NCBI GenBank assembly: GCA_003344405.1
Contig: NOWV01000023.1
Coordinates: forward strand, 124,001 to 188,000
Origin: Trichoplax sp. H2
Taxonomy: Eukaryota
Direction: 5' to 3'
DNA length: 64,000 nucleotides
A program made the translations under genes and the position numbers. The notes beneath the pieces were generated by a model. It saw nothing but the letters and a program-made list of their open reading frames with translations, was not told the DNA's origin and did no database searches. Position 1 is the stretch's first letter. Every line of letters begins with the position of its first letter. Shown in pieces: positions 52,126-63,580 of this stretch.

Positions 52126-55100
52126 TTATACTCTTATTGTACAACATGAGGAACCATTTGCAAACATTATGCTCGAATCATAAATGTTTGCTGAAAGAAT
52201 ACCTGAAAGCAACAGACAACATTTAAAATCATTACTTTGAATTTACCTTCGAAATAAGATGTGTCAGTTTCATTATCAGGGCAGGGAATAAATGGAGGAG
52301 GATCGTTAAGAATATTATTCCAATCCAAGTCATGAAAAAAAGGGTATGCCTTGACCTCTAAAATAGCAGAAAATATCTACTTTAATGCCATTCTGCCGAA
52401 TTCAAGGTTTACATTAATTACCTAGATAACTTTCAATCTATAGTTGCTATCACATGATGCAGCCTAGTAATAGATCTAGTTACCTTGAACACGCGGACGG
52501 TCATCAGGATTTAACTGAAGAAGGGAATCGATTAAAGACATAGCTTCCAAGCTTAGCGCTTCTTCTCCACCTGGCCAAGGGATGTCTGCTCCGTAGGACA
52601 AATAAAATGTCACGATTTTTCAAAGCATATTTTGATCTTGCGATAGGCTTATTTACATGCACTATTGTTTTATATCGGTAGCATATTTGTAATCTTACCG
52701 CGCTCTTTAATATTGTTGAATATTCTCTCAACACTTTCATCCGAAAATGGCGGAATACCAGTTAAAAATTCAAATAAACAGACACCAACTGCCCACCAAT
52801 CAACAGAGGTATCTAATAATTTGAGATAAATCCTTGAATATCATTTTCTGAAACAGCTTATATAATTTCACAATAAGTAATAATTCTAATGAGAAGTATA
52901 AGTTACCTTCATTATGATCTTCCCCTGACAAAACTTCTGGTGCTAAATAGTCTGGGGTACCAAGCAATTGATGCCGCTTTACAGGAGACCCATTCCGAGC
53001 CCTAACGCAAAACTTTGTTGTCTTTAACGGTGTCTCTTTGATCATACTATTGGAAGATGAATTACTGATACTAGGGACTGCAGGTGGTGACAATGTTCCA
53101 TCGCTATCGACAGATATAATACTAGAAAAATGATGTCCACATTTTAGATTTTTTACGGTAGAGCAAGTTGCAAGCTTTCGATTTCCTGAACGTAAATGAT
53201 CATGCTGATGGCTGCGATCTTCATCATCTTCATCGTTATACGATGATTGAAATAGATATTTTCTAATCGATTCAGTTGTATCAACTATTTCTCCTTGCAT
53301 AGGCGAGTTCTGAGTAGAACCATCGCTAATAAATGGCGAACAAAACGACGGCGATTTGATAGGATCAGTAGATGAATCATGCGTTCTATTAACATTTCGG
53401 TAGTGATCGTGACGTTCGTAATATTCCAAAGAAGATTGGTCACGGGATGCAGAACCCTAGAATGAATTAAATAAATTGGATTCTTAGTAAGTGCAATATC
53501 ACTAAATGGACTTTATTCGTGAACCCAGTAAATACTGTACAATTTTTTTCGTTATAGCAAGTTAAATGTTTAAATAGTTCAACCTAGTAAGAATTGGAGG
53601 TTTACTCTGTGGGAATATTGTAATTTAACATTCATAAATAAGGATATAATCCAAGGTGTTGATAATTATAAAATAATATAATGAAATTAGTTCGTGGGGT
53701 GAGTTTTAAATATATGAAAAGTAGAGAAGGTCAGACAGACCGTATTCACTATTGCTACGAATGTGGCCTGGTGACCGAAGCAATAGACCTTAACATTTAA
53801 CAATATTTATGATTTCTATTATCGTAGTGATATTTTTTTAATAATTCAACTATAGTGGTTACATTGCAACGTGAAATACCGCTTACAGTCTACTTTCATA
53901 ATAATTGATGATCATGACGCAGCTCAACACGGCAAAATAATAGGTAAAAGTAATGAAGTAATGTTGTATATTACATGTAATTAATTAAAAGAGGCATCTT
54001 TCCAATCTAAGGAAACAGATAGGGTAATGACATCGATAAAGAATCTATTTTTAATGTTGTTCAATACACTGTGAGTAATTGTTTGTAGGTGAAGTATTTA
54101 CAGTTATAATAGTTGTCATCAGATATCTAATGTACAGAGTATGACATTGAACTGTTAGTTAAATCATAAAAGAAAAGCAACTAGATGAAGTTAGGACACT
54201 TACAAAGGCTAGAACACTAGTTAATGATGCAACTTGTCCGGGTGTTCTATAATACGCTGCATAGCGCGAAGGAGTCACACTTGATGGTAAACAAGGGGAA
54301 CTCATCATATCCTGATAGCTAACGTCTAGGCGAAGAATAAAATAAATTAATCAAGAATATCATGTACAAGTTAGCATATTTCTTTATGAAAGATCGATAC
54401 AAGACATTGACACCTTACCACGATTTAATGTTAGCCTAGATAAGCCAAAATCGGTCAATTTTAAATAGCCTTCAGCTGAAATTAACATGTTGTCCGGCTT
54501 TAAATCACGGTGAACTATATTATGTGAATGGAGATACTCTAAGGCAGCAACAATTTGGCTAGTATAGAATCGAGCTGTTGATTCATCGAAATAGCCTAAA
54601 TTCATGAGTAACGATTTAACATCACCACCTATCATGTATTCCATAATAAGATAGACACGATCATTTGATTGTAGTGAATAAAATAAATGGACAATAAATG
54701 GACTACAGGATAGCGCCATCGCATCACGTTCAGCGATAACTTGAGTAGCCATGTTTTTGCGAATTAATTCTTCTTTTGCCATTACTTTTAAAGCGAATAA
54801 TTTGTCTCGCCGACGTGCTAAATAAACTTTAGCGAAACCGCCATGGCTAATGGGTTTAATAATTTCAAAATCGGATACACTAGGAGGCAATTTGGTGGTA
54901 ATTTGATTATACTCCTTATCATCTTTTGTGGTATTATCAAGTGGTTGTTGACAATGATAGTATTGGTAATGGTTGATGGTTGTCGATTGCCATTTGCTTT
55001 TACTTTTAGGCTCAAAGTTGAAGTGGTTCTCTTTGCTATCATCATGGTCTGGAGGAGGATGTGTACAGTCTTGGATCACACCTGGCTGGTTAGTTTTCTT

Positions 55101-55178
55101 TTCAGATTTGCACCCCATTGATTGTCCACTTCTTCCAGTGGCATTGGTATCCCTTGGATGAAATACACGATCCTCCAT
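52126..55178 (-). CDS. MASTL: Serine/threonine kinase Greatwall; terminal exon uncertain
   Basis: Split AGC kinase domain: [23 protein letters not shown]...ERDAMALS...[12 protein letters not shown]...[11 protein letters not shown]...LTDFGLS (55178-54419), [11 protein letters not shown] (54325-54204), an insert ending in [10 protein letters not shown] (53456-52907), then [19 protein letters not shown] and [17 protein letters not shown]. Confidence 0.94.
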
Positions 55179-55399
55179 TGTAGTTCTGCTCGTAGTAAGA
55201 TCAGTTTTAAGATATTTAGTTGATCTCTATAGTCAATGATATAGGATTGTATTGACTGTACGCATAAAGAATATAATTTTATTAGCAATCAACAATCTTC
55301 AATACGATGCAAGTATTTTCTACATAAGATCAACTATTCAAGATGAATTTACGCCTTGCAAACTGCAACACTACACTCAAATGGGGGAAAAAATGTATG

Positions 55400-56610
55400 G
55401 TGACTCTGTGAGGACTGAGGAGCGGTATTGGATAGAAACTCTGCCACAAACTGACAAACATATACAGTAGAGCGATGAATATGGCGATTAAAGTATATAT
55501 ATATTTATATATGATGGCTCTGCGAGGACTGAGGAGCGGTATTGGATAGAAACTCTGCCACAAACTGACAAATACATACAGTAGAGCGATGAATATAGCA
55601 AGTAAAGTAGATATCGTGACTCTGTGAGGACTGAGGAGCGGTATTGGATAGAAACTCTGCCACAAACTGACAAATACATACAGTAGAGCGATGAATATAG
55701 CAAGTAAAGTAGATATCGTGACTTTGTGAGGACTGAGGAGCGGTATTGGATTATGCCACAAGCTGACAAATATATACAGTAGAGCGATGAATATAGCAAG
55801 TAAAGTATATATCGAGACTTTGTGAGGGCTGAGGAGCGGTATTGGATAGAAATTATGCCACAAACTGACAAGCACATACAGTAGAGCGATGAATATAGCA
55901 AGTAAAGTAGATATCGTGACTCTGTGAGGACTGAGGAGCGGTATTGGATAGAAATTATGCCACAAGCTGACAAATATATACAGTAGAGCGATGAATATAG
56001 CAAGTAAAGTAGATATCGTGACTCTGTGAGGACTGAGGAGCGGTATTGGATAGAAATTATGCCACAAGCTGACAAACACATACAGTAGAGCGATGAATAT
56101 GGCAAGTAAAGTAGATATCGTGACTCTGTGAGGACTGAGGAGCGGTATTGGATAGAAATTATGCCACAAGCTGACAAATATATACAGTACAGTAGAGCGA
56201 TGAATATGGCAAGTAAAGTAGATATCGTGACTCTGTGAGGACTGAGGAGCGGTATTGGATAGAAATTATGCCACAAGCTGACAAATATATACAGTAGAGC
56301 GATGAATATGGCAAGTAAAGTATATATCGAGACTTTGTGAGGACTGAGGAGTGGTATTGGATAGAAATTATGCCACAAGCTGACAAACACATACAGTAGA
56401 GCGATGAATATAGCAAGTAAAGTAGATATCGTGACTCTGTGAGGACTGAGGAGCGGTACTGGATAGAAATTATGCCACAAACTGACAAACACATACAGTA
56501 GAGCGATGAATATAGCAAGTAAAGTAGATATCGTGACTTTGTGAGGACTGAGGAGCGGTATTGGATAGAAATTATGCCACAAACTGACAAACACATACAG
56601 TAGAGCAATG
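55400..56610. repeat. Tandem array, 102-bp unit, 12 copies, upstream of the MASTL start codon (probably in a 5'UTR intron)
   Basis: 'gtgactctgtgaggactgaggagcggtattggatagaaa...' starts at about 55400, 55514, 55616, 55718, 55814, 55916, 56018, 56120, 56227, 56329, 56431 and 56533. Confidence 0.97.
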
Positions 56611-57368
56611 AACGTGGTGAGTGCAGTATAAATTCGTCGTGGTAAGCCGATCTCGATGGTTGTTACGCAAATGAATGGCAATCACTATCACTATTGGCCT
56701 TCAACTTTTATCCAATACGCGTGTTGCAATGCAATTGCTAGTTTGAATATCTTCCAGCGAGTGCAGTTATTGAAATGACTGTCAACCATTGCACCAGTAC
56801 AAATACTGTATCTGCCATGTTGGTTGTAATAGGATCCCACATTGGATTTGCTCCAACTGCATCAACAAAGCGAGTATACCGCACCATGAATACGTGTGTC
56901 GACGACTGATGTCAATGACAATTTATAACTTTGAATAAATAATTCAATCATAGCAAGAATCCCAATTTGGGCAAATTGTTTTACCTCTTCTTCGACTACG
57001 AGTCTCTCAATCCTGCTAGAATGGAGTCAATGTTGTTGTTATTATTGCTTTCCAATGGGATCAATTGAGTCGGCAAGACTTGTGCGACGTCGAATCAATT
57101 TCAATAGCTAATGATAGATCGCTTTTACACTAATCTACGATGTTGATTTGGTCGATCGATCATCCTTTCTATCAAGAAATTCGGAAATAAAATGAAAATA
57201 GCAAAGCAAGCGAAAGACAGCAGAGGGACGAAGAGAGATGCTTTCCCGCAACCCAAAATGCAAATCTACTTCTAACATGAGAAGTGCAAGTGGCAGAGTA
57301 GGGCAATTACGGCGCGCATGGTGCACTATATAGCGCACAGTATCATCATGGTTGGAGGAAAAACTTGG

Positions 57369-57387
57369 CCAATTCAAATACTCGCGC
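57369..57387 (-). promoter_or_regulatory. CDE/CHR-like cell-cycle element with overlapping CCAAT box upstream of MASTL
   Basis: The minus strand reads GCGCG-AGTA-TTTGAA-TTGG, a GC-rich element, 4-nt spacer and canonical CHR hexamer TTTGAA. CCAAT is at 57369-57373 on the plus strand. Confidence 0.5.
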
Positions 57388-58380
57388 TTGTGCAGTGATG
57401 ACAGTACAGAACTGTACAGTACAGTACTGTAGAATCATTTTCTGCCTTAGTACTGTAGACTGTAAACTGTACAGTACAGAAAACAGCAGAGTACAGTACA
57501 GTGTACTGTAGAGTAGAGTGCAGCAATACAGTACTGTGCACTGTACTCCATAGTCTGTCTGTCCATGATACTGTCGATTAAATACTCGCGTACAGTATAC
57601 TGTAGTATTTTCTGCCTTAATACTGTACACTGTACTCCGTAGTCTGTCTGTCCATGATCCTGTCGAGAATGCTAGCGTAGACTGCATAGTGCTACCGAAT
57701 GGACAATGAAACACCTTTGGATGGACAGACATTTGGACTACTCTGATCCATCAATTGTGTCAAACTCTTGACTATGACTAATGGCCGTAGTTTACGATGC
57801 CGATAGTGAATGGACTGATTTTCTTTTTTAAATCAAGTAATATTTCATTGCCTGCTACTAAGCTCTGCTTAAAAGCAGTCCATTGACATCATCAATGTTC
57901 TTCAAATGGATACAAGTGATTTAGAAAACAGACATTACTGAAAGGCGGTCGCCATTTTGCCGTTTTTCTTCTCTGCTAGACAATGTCCGTCTGTCTGAGG
58001 AGAGTTGCTGATCCAAGGATTTCTTTCCAGTAGTCCAATGGCGGCGAACCACTTGAAAGTCGAAATAATGATAGTAATCATAAATCATATGTAAATACTG
58101 GACGATTCAAATCGCCATACAGTATTGACATATTCACTTTTTTTTTTTACTAGACATGTTGTTCAGGGCATCCTACACGTATAGGACAACTTCAACCAGG
58201 TGTACAGAAAGCTTGTAGTGGCATAGCCTAGCGTGGAGTTTGCAATACTGTTTGTAATGTACTACAGCATCAGGTTATGATACTGAATTTCAAGCTATGC
58301 CATAATCCAAACAAATAGTTTAGCATCGCTAGAATAGAGCCGAATGCGCTTTGAAATGAATCCATTTTGTCGCAGAAAAT

Positions 58381-58929
58381 AAGTAAAGAGATCGAAAATT
58401 GAAACAGATTTGTGCATTGATAGAACTACCAGTGTGTCAAGAGCTAAAATGTCGTTAAAACGGATCGAGTGTGAGAGATGGTAGACGAGGGCTACTTGTA
58501 GAAAGGCGGTCGCCATCCTTTCATGCCGTTCTTTCTTCTCTTCTTGCAAAATCACAACAAATCAAGTAAAGAGATCGAAAATTGAAACACAATTGTGCAT
58601 TGATAGAACTACCAGTGTGTCAAGAGCTAAAATGTTGTTAAAACGGATCGAGTGTGAGAGATGGTAGACGAGGGCTACTTGTAGAAAGGCGGTCGCCATC
58701 CTTTCATGCCGTTCTTTCTTCTCTTCTTGCAAAATCATGTCGCAGAAAATAAGTAAAGAGATCGAAAATTAAAATAGATTTGTGCATTGATGTGACTACC
58801 AGTGTGTCAAGGGCTAAAATGTCGTTAAAACGGATCGAGTGTGAGAGATGGTAGACGAGGGCTACTTGTAGAAAGGCGGTCGCCATCCTGTCATGTCGTT
58901 CTTTCTTCTCTTCTTGTAAAATCACAACG
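58381..58929. repeat. Tandem array, ~185-bp unit, 3 copies
   Basis: 'aagtaaagagatcgaaaatt...gtagaaaggcggtcgccatcct...' starts at about 58381, 58565 and 58751. Confidence 0.95.
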
Positions 58930-59344
58930 AATCATAACTACTCCACTAAATCGATAGCAGCGCCTTTCTTTTTTCTTGAGTAGTTTTCCCTACTCTTGTT
59001 GGGTTGTGCTAGTGCCCATACAACACTGTCCTTGAATCAATAAATTACATTTTTACAGACAAATTGCGCAGGACTTTTGCCATAGTGGATCTTATTCCAA
59101 GTCGGTGATGAGACTATACTACCTTGAGTAGAAGAACTACAAAGTAGAGTGGTATACCACTGCTATGCCTGCGTTAGATCAATATCGTCTGGCAGTGTAC
59201 TGTAGAATACTTTCCCCCACCCCCCTCTCGATGTTATGCTAAAGCTGTCATTCTTGACTGTCAATAAATAATCCCCTCCAGTGACTATTGCAATTTAGTT
59301 GCTGCTACTGCCATTGAATCAACAACCTGGTCGAAAAAAACAAC

Positions 59345-59536
59345 ATGAACCGCGAGGCTAAAGCAGGAAAAACAGTAGATGATCTTTTAACTATAGAAAG
59401 TAACAATGACAATCGCAAGAGCCAGGAGCTTGACTGGGAAATATTAGATCCGCCAATGGAATCGTTAGATTTACTGAGGCAATACCATGGAAACAACGTT
59501 CAAGATGAACAAGTTTCATTTCCTTCTCAAGCAAAG
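59345..59536 (+). CDS. First coding exon of an unidentified, possibly very short, protein
   Basis: ACAACATG start follows an upstream acceptor (tttag). The protein-like acidic sequence MNREAKAGKTVDDLLTIE...ELDWEILDPPMESLDLLRQYHG ends at an AAG|GTACAA donor. It is divergent from MASTL. Downstream exons were not established. Confidence 0.5.
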
Positions 59537-60489
59537 GTACAAGTTGATACTGCTTATCCTTTAGCTATCTTTTAATCATCCTAACTTATCCACGTAGAAA
59601 TAGCCAGATATCTTTTCTTACCAGAGACAAATCACCAATGGCAATCATTGTAAGAAAGAGTCGAACTTTATAACGATACTATCCATTCCCTTCAAAAGTT
59701 CTATACGTGCCATCCATTTAAAAGTGAACTTTCATCACCTCTCCATCATTTAATCGACGCCATGTAGAAAAAAAAATTCTTCTCCAACATCCACCAATGC
59801 TAGTATAGTCCACTGATATCAACGGACTATATTCCATTATCCTGTCATCAACAAGGACAATCTTGAATGCCATTCGTATACACACATTGAAATCATCATT
59901 TCAACGTTAAAATCATGAGATCCATTTACAACTTGATTCACTTATTGTAGAAGGATTACTCTATCTCTTCTTTTAGTATTCATTGGAAAAGGACAGTACA
60001 GGCAACAGTAGGCAATACTCTCTTCTCGATGAAAAAATAATACTCTAGTCAACCTGACTGTTGCATCTTCGGACACACTTCATCTTCTTCTTACAATAAT
60101 AATCAACCATGATTACTTAATCTAACTCTGACGGTTATCAAAAAAATGCCAAATGAAGGACCCTGACCTAAAGCATCCATGGCTCTCCATTGACTTATTT
60201 ACATTAGACGAGTATTGCTCTTGTTGGACGCGTATACAACACAGTACATCTTGAAAAGATAACTTGTGCATTTTCCACTCTTAAAATCAATCTACTGGAC
60301 AAGTTGATAACAGCATCAACAAAACCAACTGTACTCAAAATTTATCCTCCATGTCCTTAATATGGCGTAGTTTGCGCCCATTTTTCTCAGTCTTATTCGC
60401 TATACTGTACAGCACTTATTGCCTACCATTATCTGACTTTGTCACGATTAATGAATAAATGCATCAATTGAATGAGAATGCTAGTTTAC

Positions 60490-63400
60490 CTTACCATGTC
60501 GTTGAAATGGTGACAATTTACTCAAGTTAGCTACTGCCTAACGTCATCCAATCACCGACTATACCATTTCTTAGTCATGTTTGACATTACAAATAGGTAG
60601 ACGAACAGACAAATGTTATAATACACTTGCCACCACTATCCTTTATGAATTTCGTCCATCTTAGTCATGAAAGAGATTTGTAGATATTAATAAATGATTC
60701 ATCATTATTAAGCTTGCCCTCCATGAATGTCATTAACAGCATAGTATCCTTTTTTATACACGTAATCCAAGATTAGTTACAATCCCCTATCTAGTTAGCA
60801 ATTCTCAGCAGTACGTTTGCTACAATAGTATTAAGAGTCCTGATATCATAAAGTATGGACTGATACTGTGCAATAGTTGATGGAGGCAAAAACAACGATT
60901 GAAACATTACCGTGTTGGTCTATTGGGTTAATTTATTTTATCGTTAGTTATTAGACGACTGCGTTCTAACTTTTCTCATAACTTACAAACTTTGTATCGT
61001 AACGATCACGATTGAATTGGATACTGCATCTACTGTATGGATAGAGAAATGATATAATAGTTTGCTGCAATCATTCAATGCATTTGTAACATAAATTTCC
61101 AGCAATATACCAAGTCAAGTTTTCCATCTGGAGTACGAATAATGTTGTAGATAAATATTGTCTAAATTAGTGCAATAATACCCACCGTACTCAGAAAGAA
61201 CTTCTGAAGCATAGCAGATATTACCGTTATAAATTAATATAGAGTAGACTACGCCTACGACAGCTCCAATTATCCTATAAAGGACGTCATAAGCTACTTA
61301 CGTAAAGTATTATATTAATTATTTACTCACCAAAAATCTCAAATCTAAATAATGTAAATAATTTCTTAAAGACACTACTTTAGACCCAGATCGTTTAATG
61401 GCCATGGTAATGGCTTTCATTAGTCCTACCTTACTCTGACACCTATATAAATAATATTAACAAATGAGCGCAATTTATTCTGCAAATATCTCACTTTTAG
61501 CCTTTCTTCTAGAAATAGTCAAATTCAAGCGAATCCATCATGCTACAACATAGCTTACGTTAGATGATATTTTATTTTCATTTTAATTAAAGAGTAAAAT
61601 TCTTTTACTCTCTCTCTCTCTCTTTCCCATAACGAAATTTCAATCAACCGTCATAGAGTATAGAAATACAATTTTCTTATGGATTGTAGTAATAAGATAT
61701 GGGAAAGTACCAAACGTGTACAGGCTGTAGCCGATCGATTTCTCAACACTCTGAATTTTTTCATGCTGTTTGTTAACGTGTTTATTTGCTTTACAGTCAA
61801 GATCCTTGAATGTTGTCATAGTAAGATACTTGTCACAAACAGCATATGCTTGAATATCTTTCAATTGCAACGCATTATTATTAATATCTTTACATAAATC
61901 TTCTCTATCCGGTTCTAGTTCCATCAACGTATTCACCAAAAGTAAACATAGCATGACCTCTTTACCTCTTTTACCATATCATATGGTATATAATACATAC
62001 TTCTGGCGTATATATACGCATCTACACATGTTTAAGAATGTCTATATATACTCGTACTTATACGTGTATATCAAACACTAGTTATCACTCTTATTTCTTT
62101 ACCATTTATGAACTATTTTGAAAATAGGATACTCTAATTATAATATGAATATATTGATACACGCATGTAAACATTGGTGTGAGATAAGTAAAATTTGAAA
62201 TACATCCCCTGTCTTTAGCATCCTTCAAACGTTCAAAAATCCCAATACTGCCAATTTAAATTCATGGCTCTACTTGGAATATCTAGATATCTATAATAGC
62301 AATTAAAATGTCAAACTCCACTTAGCAAATTCTCTCTTATTTCAATAATCAATTCAATCCATTATAGCAATGAACAATACACGCATTTATTGAATGGAGA
62401 TGACCATGGAAATAATAAATTTACCTAGCAATGATTGTATTGCAGCCAATCTCAACGAACAAAAAATTATTTAACTTTAATTGCAATACTTTCTGCTATG
62501 CTTTTCGATGTATCAATTTTGTATCCAGCATTTCAGTCGTAGTTAAACTACGATTAAATCGATATTGAGGACAAAATATATTAAATTGAAATACTAGGCA
62601 TCCTGCTTAACTTCTTGACGAATCAATTTTATGTTCAGCATCTCAATTGTGGTTAAACTTCAATCACATACTGATATTGATACAGTTATTCCCTCATTTT
62701 TATCATCCTTTTATTGTATATACAGTACAGTATCAATAATATATTAATTTAGAATGATATTGTAAAAATCTTAAAATTAAAAACTAACCCTTTTCAGTAT
62801 AGAGCTAATATTGCTCCTTAAACCTTATAGGAAAAACAAAGGGCTAAATTCTAAATGTATTGAGAGAGATATAATTCGACAAGTTATATTACATGATAAA
62901 TATTTCTTGTAGATTTTACTTTATGTTTATCTATTAAATGCTATCAAATAATTAATATCAAATTAATCGATTATTAATAGCTTGCTATTACTAAACTCTT
63001 CATCACCTTTTTTAGGAAAAACAACCAAACAAACTGTGTGGTTACTTAAATAAACTAGGAGGTAAAATATACAAAACTGACTGTATCATCTCTTGCCGAT
63101 CTTATTCAACATTATTAGATAATATATTTGCCTTAGAAATTATTACAGTATGTTGAGACTGACTTTATAATAGACAACATAATTTCTAGCAAATAAAGGT
63201 TATCTTACATCATAGTGCTTTAAGAATCGGATAATGTGCATGGCCTATACGTTAAACTCAGTGTTTTTACCAGCATTTTTTACCTAGAACAGATTACGGA
63301 CTCATGATTTACTGGTATCAAATCGGTCACTATTTAAACTTATTATGGTATTCTGTTTTTTTATTGCATTATATGGTGAAATGAATCAAAATTAGCTAAA

Positions 63401-63580
63401 GGATTTAAATCTTGGAAAACAAGATGGTGAGTACAAATGATACCATGAATAAATAATGTATTACATATCTGCATGACTGGTAGGCATTACAATTTATAAA
63501 AATTTGATATTCGAGTGTAACAGACAAAAAATATTATAGTAATATTTATATCAGTAAATCCCTACCAAGATGGCAATGGA
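60490..63580 (-). pseudogene. Degenerate multi-exon membrane-protein gene, tentatively prominin-like
   Basis: Exon-like blocks with splice signals (for example 61442-61331 and one starting at 61274) and the ORF 61954-61640. Translations include a TM segment IIGAVVGVVYSILIYNGNICY, followed by WYIAGNL and VTNALNDC in different frames. Stops and phase conflicts prevent a continuous ORF. Boundaries are approximate. Confidence 0.33.

Noticed and set aside
58295..58925. Duplicated ORFs MILQEEKKERH...
   Set aside because: They are products of the ~185-bp array, have non-ATG starts and show no homology signal.
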